This document shows, in pieces, positions 42,495 through 52,251 of a stretch of 62,090 bases of DNA; positions within the stretch are counted from its first letter, which is position 1, and each line of letters begins with the position of its first letter. This DNA comes from Actinomycetota bacterium (GTDB lineage: Bacteria; Actinomycetota; Acidimicrobiia; Acidimicrobiales; Ilumatobacteraceae): contig JBEAXP010000046.1 of the NCBI GenBank assembly GCA_041159745.1, forward strand, positions 1 to 62,090, given 5' to 3'. The notes under the pieces were generated by a model. The model made no database searches and had not been told where the DNA came from. It saw nothing but the letters and a program-made list of their open reading frames with translations. The position numbers were made by a program, and so were the translations under genes.

Positions 42495-44195
42495 GTGCCG
42501 AGGGTGAGTTTCGATCCTTCCTCCTACGGTTTCGACCGATTCCTGCGCTACGACGACATGGTCGCCTGGCTCGAGCAGGTGGCGGCTCAGAACCCGCACC
42601 TCGTCGACCTCGACACGTACGGCCACTCCTACCAGGGCCGCAAGTTGTGGATCGTGGCGATCACCGACAAGTCGACTGGTGATCACGACACGAAGCCGGC
42701 GCACTGGGTGGACGCCAACATCCACGCCGTCGAAGTCACTGGTGGCGTGGCCGCCCTCCACCTGATCGATCATCTCGTGCGCGGTCATCGCGCCGGTGAC
42801 TCGCGGGTGACGACCGCGTTGGCCCGTCGCACGTTCTATGTCGTGCCGCGCGTGAATCCCGATGGTGTCGAAGCAGCACTCGCCGATCGGCCCACGTTCC
42901 ATCGGTCGAGTGTCCGCTCCTGGCCCTTCACCGACGGACACCGTTGGCCCGGCTTGCATCCCGAGGACATCGACGGCGACGGTCGCATTCGAACGATGCG
43001 AATCCGCGACGATCACGGTGCGTGGGTCGAGCACCCCGACGACCCGCGCGTGATGATGCCGGTACCGCTCGATGGCGAGACCGATCGTCCGCGCTATCGA
43101 CTTCTCACCGAGGGTCGACTCGTCGATCACGATGGTTTCACGATGCCCACTCCGCGCGACCCGTCCGGCCTCGACCTCAACCGAAACTTCCCGGCCGGTT
43201 GGTCGACCGGCGTACTCGGCTCGGGTGATCACCCGATGTCGGAGCCCGAAATCGATGCGTTGGTCAGAGCGGTGCGAGCGCGTCCGAACGTGTGTGGTTA
43301 CAACGCCTTCCACACGTTCGGCGGTGTGTTGTTGCGACCGAGCAGCACAAAGCCCGACTCGTCGTTGCCACCGGCCGACGTCTGGGTCTGGAACGAACTC
43401 GGACGACGCGGTACCGAACTCACCGATTACAAGGTGCACTCGGTGTACGAGGACTTCACCTGGGACAAGTCCGATGTGATGAGTGGTGCGGCCGACGACT
43501 GGGCCTACGAGCATCTGGGCGTCTTCTCGTGGACGACCGAGTTCTGGGACGCGATTCATCACGCGACGGGTGAACGAGCCCACACGTTCATCTGGTACGA
43601 GGGTCCGACGACGGCTCAGGAACTCGCGGTCGCCAAGTGGAGCGATCAGAACGCACCTGGTTCGTACGTGGGCTGGACATCGTTCGATCATCCCGAGCTC
43701 GGTTCAGTCGAGATCGGAGGTTGCGACTTCTTCTCGGTGTGGACCAACCCGCCGTTGTCGTTGTTGCGCAAAGAGGTGGAACCCCACGCCGAGTTCGCGG
43801 TGTTCCAGGCGCTGGCCGCACCGTGCCTCGAGATCTCCAAATTCGAAGCCGAATCGCTCGGCAGCAACACGTGGCGGGTGCGGCTCGGAATCTCGAACAC
43901 CGGCTGGCTCCCCACCGATGTGAGCAGTTGGGCCCGGAAGAACAATCTCGTCCTGCCCATCACCGCCGAGATCGATGTCGACAACGGTTCGGTCGTCGGG
44001 TCGCCGGCGAAGGCGAAACTCGGCCAACTCGAGGGTCGGGTGTCGTTCCGGTTGAACGGCGGGGCGATGTCGGACGGAACGCCCGACCGAGTTCTTCACG
44101 AATGGGTCGTGTCGGCCCGCAATGGAGCGAATGTGACCGTGAGCGTGGTTCACCAACGCGCCGGTCGGGTCACGGCGAAACTCGTCCTCGGCTGA
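42495..44195 (+). CDS. M14 family zinc carboxypeptidase
   Basis: ORF track, 566 aa. 'VDANIHAVEVTG' supplies H-x-x-E. 'NRNFP' and 'YNAFHTFGGVLLRP' follow. Confidence 0.8.
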   Translation: MPRVSFDPSSYGFDRFLRYDDMVAWLEQVAAQNPHLVDLDTYGHSYQGRKLWIVAITDKSTGDHDTKPAHWVDANIHAVEVTGGVAALHLIDHLVRGHRAGDSRVTTALARRTFYVVPRVNPDGVEAALADRPTFHRSSVRSWPFTDGHRWPGLHPEDIDGDGRIRTMRIRDDHGAWVEHPDDPRVMMPVPLDGETDRPRYRLLTEGRLVDHDGFTMPTPRDPSGLDLNRNFPAGWSTGVLGSGDHPMSEPEIDALVRAVRARPNVCGYNAFHTFGGVLLRPSSTKPDSSLPPADVWVWNELGRRGTELTDYKVHSVYEDFTWDKSDVMSGAADDWAYEHLGVFSWTTEFWDAIHHATGERAHTFIWYEGPTTAQELAVAKWSDQNAPGSYVGWTSFDHPELGSVEIGGCDFFSVWTNPPLSLLRKEVEPHAEFAVFQALAAPCLEISKFEAESLGSNTWRVRLGISNTGWLPTDVSSWARKNNLVLPITAEIDVDNGSVVGSPAKAKLGQLEGRVSFRLNGGAMSDGTPDRVLHEWVVSARNGANVTVSVVHQRAGRVTAKLVLG

Positions 44196-44199
44196 CCAG

Positions 44200-45528
44200 A
44201 TGACCGACGAATTCGACTTCGAGGACGAGTTCGACGACGAACTCGATGACGACTTGGATGACGCCGACGATGAGTTCGCAGTGTCGGCGACCACCACGTA
44301 CTCCATCTCCGAATTGGCCTCGGCGATCAACGGTGTCCTCGAGGATGGATTCGACGAAGGCGTGTGGGTGTGGGGCGAGATCTCCAGCGTGTCGGTGAAA
44401 GGCGGTCACACCTACTTCACCCTCGTGGAGGATCTCGGTGGCGGCAAGCGCGCCCAACTGAACGTGAACCTTTGGGCGGGTGTTCTCCAACGCATCCGAC
44501 CGGTCCTCAAGTCGAGCGGCCTCGCCATTCAGAACGGACTCCGCGTCCGCGTGCGGGGTGAACTCGACTTCTACGCGCCGTTCGGCAAGTTGTCGCTCGT
44601 GATGCAGGAGATCGATCCGCGCTTCACCCTCGGTGACATCGCCCTTCAGCGCGAAGAACTCATTCGCAAACTCAAGGAATCGGGTCTCTACGAAGCGAAC
44701 CGCCGACTCGAACTTCCGCTCGTTCCGTTCCGGATCGGACTGGTGACCAGCTGGGGGACGGCCGCCTGGGCCGACTTCACGAAGGAGATCGAGGCGAGCG
44801 GGCTCGGATTCAGCGTGTCGGTCGTGGACGTGCGCGTGCAGGGCGACTCGGCAGTGCGCGAGGTCTCGAACGCCATCCGCTACCTGTCTCGTCGTGGCGA
44901 CATCGATGTGATCGCCGTCGTTCGCGGGGGTGGCAGCAAAGCCGAGTTGGCCGCCTTCGATGCCGAGCCGATCGTCGACTCCATCGTCACTTCGTCGGTG
45001 CCGGTTTTCGTCGGGGTGGGCCACGAGATCGACACGAGTGTCGCCGACGAGGTGGCTCACCGTCGCTACAAGACGCCGACGGCGTGTGCCGCCGGCCTGG
45101 TCGAGCGGGTCCGTGATTTCGTGACGAGCACCGAGGAGACCTGGGAATCGATCGCTCGAACCACGACCGACTTGTTGAACGAAGCGAATGTCGAACTGGT
45201 CGAGACCACTCATCTGCTGGCCAGCCGCACCCGCACGGCGGTGGCGCGCGCCGAAGAGCGGCTCGAGTATCGAAGCCGACGACTCGGCACCGCCGCCCGC
45301 GGTCGCCTCGACAACGCCGACTCGGCACTCGCGTCGCGCGCCGAGCGACTGAGGCTCCTCGACCCTCGGCGCATCATGGAACGCGGCTGGTCGATCACAC
45401 GCACCAAGGACGGTCGGGCCGTGCGATCGGCGAGCGAAGTCGGACCCGGCGATCGACTCGTGACCCAGATGTCGGACGGTGTGATCACCAGTACCGTCGA
45501 CGACACCACCCTCGAAACACGGAAGTAG
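44200..45528 (+). CDS. xseA: exodeoxyribonuclease VII large subunit
   Basis: ORF track, 442 aa. 'SISELASAINGVLEDGFDEGVWVWGEISS' is the OB fold. 'IGLVTSWGTAAWADF' and 'VVRGGGSKAEL' follow. The ORF begins with a 27-aa poly-acidic stretch. GTG 44281 is an alternative start. Confidence 0.9.
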   Translation: MTDEFDFEDEFDDELDDDLDDADDEFAVSATTTYSISELASAINGVLEDGFDEGVWVWGEISSVSVKGGHTYFTLVEDLGGGKRAQLNVNLWAGVLQRIRPVLKSSGLAIQNGLRVRVRGELDFYAPFGKLSLVMQEIDPRFTLGDIALQREELIRKLKESGLYEANRRLELPLVPFRIGLVTSWGTAAWADFTKEIEASGLGFSVSVVDVRVQGDSAVREVSNAIRYLSRRGDIDVIAVVRGGGSKAELAAFDAEPIVDSIVTSSVPVFVGVGHEIDTSVADEVAHRRYKTPTACAAGLVERVRDFVTSTEETWESIARTTTDLLNEANVELVETTHLLASRTRTAVARAEERLEYRSRRLGTAARGRLDNADSALASRAERLRLLDPRRIMERGWSITRTKDGRAVRSASEVGPGDRLVTQMSDGVITSTVDDTTLETRK

Positions 45529-45538
45529 AGTCGGCCCG

Positions 45539-45745
45539 ATGGCGAAGAAGGAATCGGAAGTCGGTTACGCCGAGGCTCTGGCCGAACTCGAGCGCATCCT
45601 CTCCGAACTCGAGGCGGCTGACGTCGACGTCGACGTTCTTGCGGAGAAGGTTGCTCGCGCCTCCGAACTGATTCGTCTCTGCCGTGACCGAATCGGCAAT
45701 GCGAAATTGCAGATCGACAAGGTGGTCGCTGGTCTCGAGGACTGA
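45539..45745 (+). CDS. xseB: exodeoxyribonuclease VII small subunit
   Basis: ORF track, 68 aa. Motif: 'YAEALAELERILSELE..DVDVDVL'. Confidence 0.88.
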   Translation: MAKKESEVGYAEALAELERILSELEAADVDVDVLAEKVARASELIRLCRDRIGNAKLQIDKVVAGLED

Positions 45746-45765
45746 GCGACCCGTAGCCTGATCTC

Positions 45766-46821
45766 GTGACGACCGCGCCATCGACATTGTTGGACATCGC
45801 GCGTCGCGTCGAATCCCGGATCGACGAGGTGTTGCGAGCGGAGGAATCCCGCTGGTCATCGTTCGATCCCGACTTGGCTGCGCCGGTCGCCGAGATTCGC
45901 CGTCTGATCGCCGCGGGAGGCAAGCGATTGCGTCCGGCGTTCTGCTACTGGGGTCATGAGGGAGCCGGCGGAACCGACGAACGACGAGCCATCGACGCCG
46001 GGGCCGCTCTCGAGCTTCTCCACGCGTTCGCCTTGTTCCACGACGACGTGATGGATGGATCCACGAGTCGTCGTGGCGAGCCGGTCACGCATGTCGTGTT
46101 CGCCGACGAACATCGCGCAGCCGGAAGCAGCGGTGAGGCCCGCCGTTACGGCGAGGGCGTCGCCATCCTCGTGGGCGATCTTGCGTTCGTCTACAGCGAT
46201 CGGTTGCTCGACGGCGCTTCCGATAGTGCGCGAAGCATCTGGCACGAGCTGCGAATCGAACTCAACGTCGGTCAGATCCTCGATCTGGTGGGTTCGGCTC
46301 GACACGAACGTCGTCGTCAAAAAGCCGAGCGGATCTGTCGCTACAAGAGTGGCAAGTACACGATCGAACGTCCGCTTCACCTCGGTGCGATGCTGGCCGC
46401 TCCCGATCGCCACGACGAGTTGATTCCGCGGCTGAGTGCGTACGGACTTCCACTGGGCGACGCGTTCCAGATGCGCGACGACGTGATGGGGGCGTTCGGC
46501 GAGACGTCCATCACCGGCAAGCCCGTGGGTGACGATCTCCGCGAGGGCAAGCCCACGCCGCTCCTCGCCATCGCGGTGGAACGAGCCACCGACGCACAGC
46601 GCGCGGTTCTCGATCGGGTGGGCCGCGACGACCTCGACGTCGATCAGGTTCGTCGAGTGCAGGACGTGATCGTCGAGTGCGGAGCACTCGAGCAGATGGA
46701 AGCCACGATCTCCCGACTGGCCGACGAGGCGGTGGCCGCGCTCGATCACGTCGAATTGTCGGGTCGCGCTCGCGGCGAACTCGTCGCGCTGGCCGAATTC
46801 GTGACTCGTCGTCAAACCTGA
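45766..46821 (+). CDS. polyprenyl diphosphate synthase (trans-IPPS)
   Basis: ORF track, 351 aa. The first Asp-rich motif is 'LFHDDVMDGS' and the second is 'FQMRDDVMG'. Confidence 0.88.
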   Translation: MTTAPSTLLDIARRVESRIDEVLRAEESRWSSFDPDLAAPVAEIRRLIAAGGKRLRPAFCYWGHEGAGGTDERRAIDAGAALELLHAFALFHDDVMDGSTSRRGEPVTHVVFADEHRAAGSSGEARRYGEGVAILVGDLAFVYSDRLLDGASDSARSIWHELRIELNVGQILDLVGSARHERRRQKAERICRYKSGKYTIERPLHLGAMLAAPDRHDELIPRLSAYGLPLGDAFQMRDDVMGAFGETSITGKPVGDDLREGKPTPLLAIAVERATDAQRAVLDRVGRDDLDVDQVRRVQDVIVECGALEQMEATISRLADEAVAALDHVELSGRARGELVALAEFVTRRQT

Positions 46822-46845
46822 CAATCGATCGAATACGCTGAGCAC

Positions 46846-47202
46846 ATGCGCACGAGGTCGTTGTCGATCGTGATCGGACTGCTGGCGTTGTCGGCCTGCG
46901 GTGGCGACGACTCCTCGGGTGTCGACTCGCTGCCTCTGCTCACCGCCGCGCCGGCCACGGACGCTCCGACGGCCGAGGCGACCACCACCATGCCCGCGGT
47001 CGAGGAGTTCTACACGATTCAACAGGGCGACACGCTGTTCGGTATCGCCAAGTCGTTCGGAGTCACTTTGGACGACCTCATCGCGTTCAACGGCATCACC
47101 GATCCCGACGCGATCGAGGCTGGCCAGCGCCTGAAGATTCCGCCCGTCGGCGTGAGCATCCCCACCGTCGCGCCGTCGACCACCACCACGACCACGCCCT
47201 GA
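46846..47202 (+). CDS. LysM domain lipoprotein
   Basis: ORF track, 118 aa. Lipobox 'LLALSACGG'. LysM domain 'YTIQQGDTLFGIAKSFGVTLDDLIAFNGI...GQRLKIP'. Confidence 0.85.
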   Translation: MRTRSLSIVIGLLALSACGGDDSSGVDSLPLLTAAPATDAPTAEATTTMPAVEEFYTIQQGDTLFGIAKSFGVTLDDLIAFNGITDPDAIEAGQRLKIPPVGVSIPTVAPSTTTTTTP

Positions 47203-47218
47203 TTCGTAAACTGACCAC

Positions 47219-47929
47219 ATGTCCTCCGGCTCGACGTTCTGGCCCAATCAGGATCACTGGTCGGTCAAGATTCCGTTGCACACCCCGCACCCGCGCTTGA
47301 AGGTGCTCGAGGAGACCGGTTTCGTCCAGTTGAGCCCCATGCCGGTCGACGTGCCGGCGTCCGAGTGGGAGAGCCTCGAGTACATGGACTGGAAGAGTGG
47401 CGGCGACACCAATTTCGCGCCGCTCGCGTCAGCCGATGGTCAACTCGACTGCCGCGGCTTCTGGGACAAGGGCAAGACCGACAAGGACGCGCTCTGGACG
47501 TCGAACGCCGAAATGGCGCCGACCCTGCGCAAGTACGTCGACTCGGTGGGTGCCAACTTCGGCCGCGTTCGAATCATCAAACTCGAACCCCAGGATCGTG
47601 ACGCGGCGATTCGTTCGATCCACCGCGACGACAACAATCGCTTCAACCCCGACAACGAGGGCTGGGTGGTGCGCTCCTGGGTCGAGCTGACCCATCAGCC
47701 CGACAGTTACATGTTGCTCATGGACAACGACGCCGATGGATTGCCCGATCGTTCTACCGAGCGTCGCATTCCGTTGTCACGTGGTGCGCGCTTCGTGGTC
47801 GACACTCAGCGTCTCTGGCACGTGGTCGTGCACCCGCACGACGTTGCTCGGTACGCGCTCATCACCAGTTTTGAGAGCGGACCGCAGCTCGAACGCTGGA
47901 TCGACTCGCAGTTGCCCGTCGGCGTCTGA
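47219..47929 (+). CDS. hypothetical protein, possibly Asp/Asn beta-hydroxylase-like cupin
   Basis: ORF track, 236 aa. 'RIIKLEPQ...IRSIHRDDN' supplies H-x-D and 'LWHVVVH' follows. The family call is weak. Confidence 0.4.
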   Translation: MSSGSTFWPNQDHWSVKIPLHTPHPRLKVLEETGFVQLSPMPVDVPASEWESLEYMDWKSGGDTNFAPLASADGQLDCRGFWDKGKTDKDALWTSNAEMAPTLRKYVDSVGANFGRVRIIKLEPQDRDAAIRSIHRDDNNRFNPDNEGWVVRSWVELTHQPDSYMLLMDNDADGLPDRSTERRIPLSRGARFVVDTQRLWHVVVHPHDVARYALITSFESGPQLERWIDSQLPVGV

Positions 47930-47932
47930 TCT

Positions 47933-49894
47933 TCAGCGCCGACCGGCGGCGGCCAGTTCGGCGATGTCGCGCATGATGCGACTCAGTTCGAAGTCCTTGG
48001 GTGTGTAGACGGCTGCGACACCGGCCGAGAGCAGTCGCGGACGATCGTCTTCGGGGATGATGCCGCCGACGACGACCGGAGACGCCACGCCTTCCTTGCG
48101 CAGATTCTCGATCACGGCCGGAACGAGCGAGAGGTGCGAACCCGACAGGATCGAGAGTCCGATCACGTCGGGATCCTCGTCGCGTGCGCTGGCGGCGATC
48201 TGCTCGGGCGTGAGGCGGATGCCGGAATAGATCACTTCCATACCCGCGTCGCGCGCGGCCACGGCGATCTGCTCGGCTCCATTGGAGTGACCGTCGAGAC
48301 CGGGCTTGGCCACCAGCAACTTGGGCGGTCCACCGGGAATCGTGCGCACGAAGTCGGCGACACCCGCCAGTTCGCCCGAACGCTTGCCGACCGCGGCCGC
48401 CACACCCGTGGGTGCCCGGAACTCGCCGAACACCTCGCGCAGGACACCGGCCCATTCGCCGGTGGTGCCACCGGCCTTGGCCAGTGCGATGGACGGTTCC
48501 ATGATGTTGGTGCCGTCGTTGGCGGCCCGACGCAGCTCGTCGAGAGCCTTCGCGACGGCCTGGCTGTCGCGTCGGCTTCGCCACGCGTTCACGTCGTCGA
48601 TCGTCTCGCGTTCCACGGCGGGGTCGACCTTGACGATCTTTCCCTCTCCGGTGAGCGGAGAACTCTCCGATTCGGTGTACGAGTTCACACCGACGACCAC
48701 TTGCTCGCCGGCTTCGATGCGGCGAGTGCGTTCGGCCATCGACTTCACGAGTCGGCCCTTCAGTACGTCGACCGCCTCGAAGGCGCCGCCGAGTGAGAGC
48801 ACTTCTTCGAATTCGGCCCAGGCGGCATCGCGGATCTCGGTGGTGCGGGCTTCGACCACTTTGGAACCGTCGAAGATGTCGCCGTACTCGAGCAAGTCGG
48901 TCTCGAAGGCGAGAACCTGCTGCATGCGGAGACTCCACTGTTGATCCCACGGCGTGGGGAGGCCGAGCGCCTCGTTCCAGGCCGGCAACTGGATCGAGCG
49001 CGCCCGCGCCCGCTTCGACAACGACACCGCGAGCATTTCGAGAACGATTCGCTGCACGTTGTTCTCGGGCTGGGCCTCGGTGAGTCCGAGCGAATTGACC
49101 TGGACGCCGTAGCGGAATCGACGGGCCTTGTCGTCGGTCACGTTGTAGCGCTCGCGGCCGATTCGGTCCCAGAGCTCGGTGAACGCCCGCATCTTGCAGA
49201 TCTCTTCGACGAAGCGAATACCCGCGTTCACGAAGAAGGAGATGGATCCGAAGACCTGGTTGAACTGTTCGGGCGGTACTTGGCCGGAGTCGCGCACCGC
49301 GTCGAGAACTCCGACCGCCGTTGCCAGTGAGTAGGCGATCTCCTGAACGGGAGTCGCTCCCGCCTCTTGAAGGTGGTACGAGCACACGTTCATGGGATTC
49401 CACTTGGGTGCGTTGTTGGCGCACCACGCGACCATGTCGACGATGAGTCGACGCGACGGAATCGGGGGGAAGATGTACGTACCGCGTGAGAGGTATTCCT
49501 TGACGATGTCGTTCTGCGTGGTGCCGCGCAACGCGGCTCGCGGGACACCCTGGTCTTCGGCGTTGGCCACGTACAACGCGAGCAGCCAAGCGGCGGTCGC
49601 GTTGATGGTCATCGACGTGTTCATCTGACCGGGCGGAATGCCGTCGAGCAGAGTGCGCATGTGGCCGAGGTGCGCGACCGGAACGCCGACCTTGCCGACT
49701 TCTCCGGACGCCATCGGGGAGTCGGGGTCGTAGCCGGTTTGCGTGGGCAGGTCGAACGCGATGGAGAGTCCGGTCTGGCCCTTGGCGAGATTCGTGCGGT
49801 ACAGCTCGTTCGATGCTTTGGCCGTTGAGTGACCCGAATAGGTCCGCATCAGCCACGGTTCGTCGCGGCGCACCGAGTCGGGTCGTTCAGCCAT
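47933..49894 (-). CDS. meaA: B12-dependent acyl-CoA mutase, MeaA/ethylmalonyl-CoA mutase-like
   Basis: ORF track, 653 aa. 'EPWLMRTYSGHSTAKASNELYRTNLAKGQTGLSIAFDLPTQTGYD' and 'GLTEAQPENNVQRIVLEMLAV' closely parallel Streptomyces MeaA as I remember it. The C-terminal B12 domain is 'KPGLDGHSNGAEQIA'. Confidence 0.8.
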   Translation of the reverse strand: MAERPDSVRRDEPWLMRTYSGHSTAKASNELYRTNLAKGQTGLSIAFDLPTQTGYDPDSPMASGEVGKVGVPVAHLGHMRTLLDGIPPGQMNTSMTINATAAWLLALYVANAEDQGVPRAALRGTTQNDIVKEYLSRGTYIFPPIPSRRLIVDMVAWCANNAPKWNPMNVCSYHLQEAGATPVQEIAYSLATAVGVLDAVRDSGQVPPEQFNQVFGSISFFVNAGIRFVEEICKMRAFTELWDRIGRERYNVTDDKARRFRYGVQVNSLGLTEAQPENNVQRIVLEMLAVSLSKRARARSIQLPAWNEALGLPTPWDQQWSLRMQQVLAFETDLLEYGDIFDGSKVVEARTTEIRDAAWAEFEEVLSLGGAFEAVDVLKGRLVKSMAERTRRIEAGEQVVVGVNSYTESESSPLTGEGKIVKVDPAVERETIDDVNAWRSRRDSQAVAKALDELRRAANDGTNIMEPSIALAKAGGTTGEWAGVLREVFGEFRAPTGVAAAVGKRSGELAGVADFVRTIPGGPPKLLVAKPGLDGHSNGAEQIAVAARDAGMEVIYSGIRLTPEQIAASARDEDPDVIGLSILSGSHLSLVPAVIENLRKEGVASPVVVGGIIPEDDRPRLLSAGVAAVYTPKDFELSRIMRDIAELAAAGRR

Positions 49895-50612
49895 GGTGCT
49901 CAGTCTGTCGTCCGTTCGTGTCGTTCACAGCCTCGGACAGCATTTCGAGGTAGCGCGGACGGGGCACCGAGACGGCCCCGAGTGAGGCCAGGTGCGGCGT
50001 CGACCACTGCACGTCGAACAACGCGAATCCTCCCGCTCTCAGCAAGTCGACCAGAGCAACCAACGCCACCTTGGACGCGTCGGTGGCTCGGTGGAACATG
50101 CTCTCGCCGGCGAAGAATCGGCGAATGCGCACCCCGTACACCCCGCCCACGAGCTCGTCCTCGCGCCAGACCTCGATGCTGTGGGCGAATCCGAGTTGGT
50201 TGAGCCGCGAATAGGCCATCACGAACTCGTCGTTGATCCAGCCGTGATCCCGTCGCGGGTCGCCGCATCCACGCATCACACCCACGAAGTCGTGATCGAG
50301 AGTCACTCGGAATCGCCGACAGCTCTTCTCCAGCGACCGCGACACGTGGAATCGATCGAGAGGGAAGATGCCTCGCTCCTGAGGGCTGAACCAACCGAGA
50401 CGTTTGCGGCCGACCGGCATGGGAAAGAGGCCGTGCGAGTACGCGTTCACGAGAGTGGACGGCTCGAGGTCGGCTCCTTCGGCGACGATGTCGTCGGGAC
50501 CGAGTGGGACTCGATCGAATTGCCACTCCGAGCCGGGGAGGACGGGCTGGGGTGCCGAGATGATGCGCAGTGTTTCGTCGGTGACGATTCCTGTGCGGTC
50601 AGTCGCGCTCAC
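49887..50612 (-). CDS. aat: leucyl/phenylalanyl-tRNA--protein transferase
   Basis: ORF track, 241 aa. Motifs: 'AYSHGLFPM', 'LGWFSPQERGIFPLDRFHVSRSL', 'GGVYGV.IRRFFAGESMFH'. Confidence 0.85.
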   Translation of the reverse strand: MSATDRTGIVTDETLRIISAPQPVLPGSEWQFDRVPLGPDDIVAEGADLEPSTLVNAYSHGLFPMPVGRKRLGWFSPQERGIFPLDRFHVSRSLEKSCRRFRVTLDHDFVGVMRGCGDPRRDHGWINDEFVMAYSRLNQLGFAHSIEVWREDELVGGVYGVRIRRFFAGESMFHRATDASKVALVALVDLLRAGGFALFDVQWSTPHLASLGAVSVPRPRYLEMLSEAVNDTNGRQTEHHG

Positions 50613-50651
50613 GACGAGTGTCTAGCGCACGACTGGTCGGCTTCGGGTCGA

Positions 50652-51524
50652 TCAGTAATCGAAGAAACCCGACTTGGTCTTGCGGCCGAGCTTTCCGGCT
50701 TCGACGAGTCGTCGAAGGGTCGGAACCGCTTGGTAGTTCGGGTCCTTGAACTCGGCGTACAGCGCGTCGAGGATCGCCAGCGAGGTGTCGAGGCCGACCA
50801 GGTCGAGCAGTGCGAACGGTCCCATCGGAAAGTTGCAGCCGCCCTTCATCGCGATGTCGATGTCGGCCATGCTCGCCGTGCCCTTTTCGAGCATCCGCAC
50901 GGCGTTGTTGAGGTACGGGAACAGCAATGCGTTGACGATGAACCCGGCGTGGTCCTGGACCTGAACGGGCTGCTTGCCCACCTGCTCGGCGAACGCGGTG
51001 GCGCGGGCGATGGTGTCGTCGGAGGCTGTGAGCGGACGGATGATCTCGACGAGCGACATGGTGGTGGCCGGATTGAAGAAGTGAATACCGCACACCGACT
51101 CGGGTCGCTTCGTGGTGGTGGCGATCTCCATCACCGACAGCGTCGACGTATTGGTGGCCAGCAGTGCATCCGGACGCGCGACGCGATCGAGTTCGACGAA
51201 CAGCTCCTTCTTGGTGGCCATGTCCTCGACCACGCTTTCGATGATGAGGTCGCAGTCGGCCAGACCTTCGAGTTCGGTGACGACCGAGATGCGCGACTGA
51301 ATCGCCCGCGCATCGTCCTCGGTCAACTTGCCGCGCTCCACTTGCTTGGCGAGTCCTTTGGACACACCGGCCAACACCGCCTCGCCCGTGCTCGCCGCCC
51401 GTGTGCGCACGACGGCTTCGATCCCGGCCCGGGCCGCGACTTCGGCCAGACCCGATCCCATGATTCCGGACCCCACGATGCCGACACGTGTGATGGGGGA
51501 GTGAGAAGTGGCCGATGTGTTCAC
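50652..51524 (-). CDS. hbd: 3-hydroxyacyl/3-hydroxybutyryl-CoA dehydrogenase
   Basis: ORF track, 290 aa. Motifs: 'VGIVGSGIMGSGLAEV', 'HFFNPA', 'GFIVNALL'. Confidence 0.88.
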   Translation of the reverse strand: MNTSATSHSPITRVGIVGSGIMGSGLAEVAARAGIEAVVRTRAASTGEAVLAGVSKGLAKQVERGKLTEDDARAIQSRISVVTELEGLADCDLIIESVVEDMATKKELFVELDRVARPDALLATNTSTLSVMEIATTTKRPESVCGIHFFNPATTMSLVEIIRPLTASDDTIARATAFAEQVGKQPVQVQDHAGFIVNALLFPYLNNAVRMLEKGTASMADIDIAMKGGCNFPMGPFALLDLVGLDTSLAILDALYAEFKDPNYQAVPTLRRLVEAGKLGRKTKSGFFDY

Positions 51525-51616
51525 GATGCTCCGATCTGTTTGGGGTCACCATAGTTACCGCTGGGTAACAACGGCGATCCGGACGTCGAGCCCGGCCCCG
51601 GGCGTACAGTCGGTGC

Positions 51617-52243
51617 ATGCCGGGAACCGTGGTTCTGCAGGGCGGAGGCCCGTTCAGCCTCCATGACGACCTCGATCGACGCCTCCTCGGATCGGTGGGG
51701 GCCGAGCGGGTGGTGGTCCTGCCCACCGCCGACGCTTTCGAGCGCCCCGAAGTGTTGATCGCGGCCGGAATGTCGTGGGCCGAACGGCTCGAGATCGACA
51801 TCGATGTCTTGATGGTGATGAGTCGCCCCGAAGCCATGGATACGGGTGCCGCCGAGGTGGTTCGTTCGGCCCGCGCCGTGTGGTTGGTGGGTGACAACCC
51901 GATCCACCTGCGCAGCGTGGTGAAGGACACGCCCGTGTGGGAGGCCCTGTTGGCGGTGTTGTCGGACGGTGGCGTCGTGGTCGGAGCCGGGCCGTCGGCT
52001 TCGGCTCTCTGCGATCCGATGATCGATCCGCGCGGTGGCGCGCTCGCCCTCGGACTCGGTCTCGTGAAGGGGCTCGCACTCGTGTCTCAGTCGGAGACCG
52101 TCACCGCCGATCGTCAGGCGCGGGCCCGCAAGTTGGCCAACGTTCCGCTGGCGTTCCTGCCCTCGTCGTCGGCCCTCCTCCGCACCGACTCGGGTTGGGA
52201 GAGCATCGGCACCCACGAGTTGGTCGGCACTCTGCCGAACTGA
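51617..52243 (+). CDS. peptidase S51/cyanophycinase-like (type 1 glutamine amidotransferase-like) protein
   Basis: ORF track, 208 aa. Motifs: 'VVLQGGGPF', 'VVVLPTAD', 'AVWLVGDNPIHL', 'VVVGAGPSASALCD'. Confidence 0.5.
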   Translation: MPGTVVLQGGGPFSLHDDLDRRLLGSVGAERVVVLPTADAFERPEVLIAAGMSWAERLEIDIDVLMVMSRPEAMDTGAAEVVRSARAVWLVGDNPIHLRSVVKDTPVWEALLAVLSDGGVVVGAGPSASALCDPMIDPRGGALALGLGLVKGLALVSQSETVTADRQARARKLANVPLAFLPSSSALLRTDSGWESIGTHELVGTLPN

Positions 52244-52251
52244 TCACCGCC

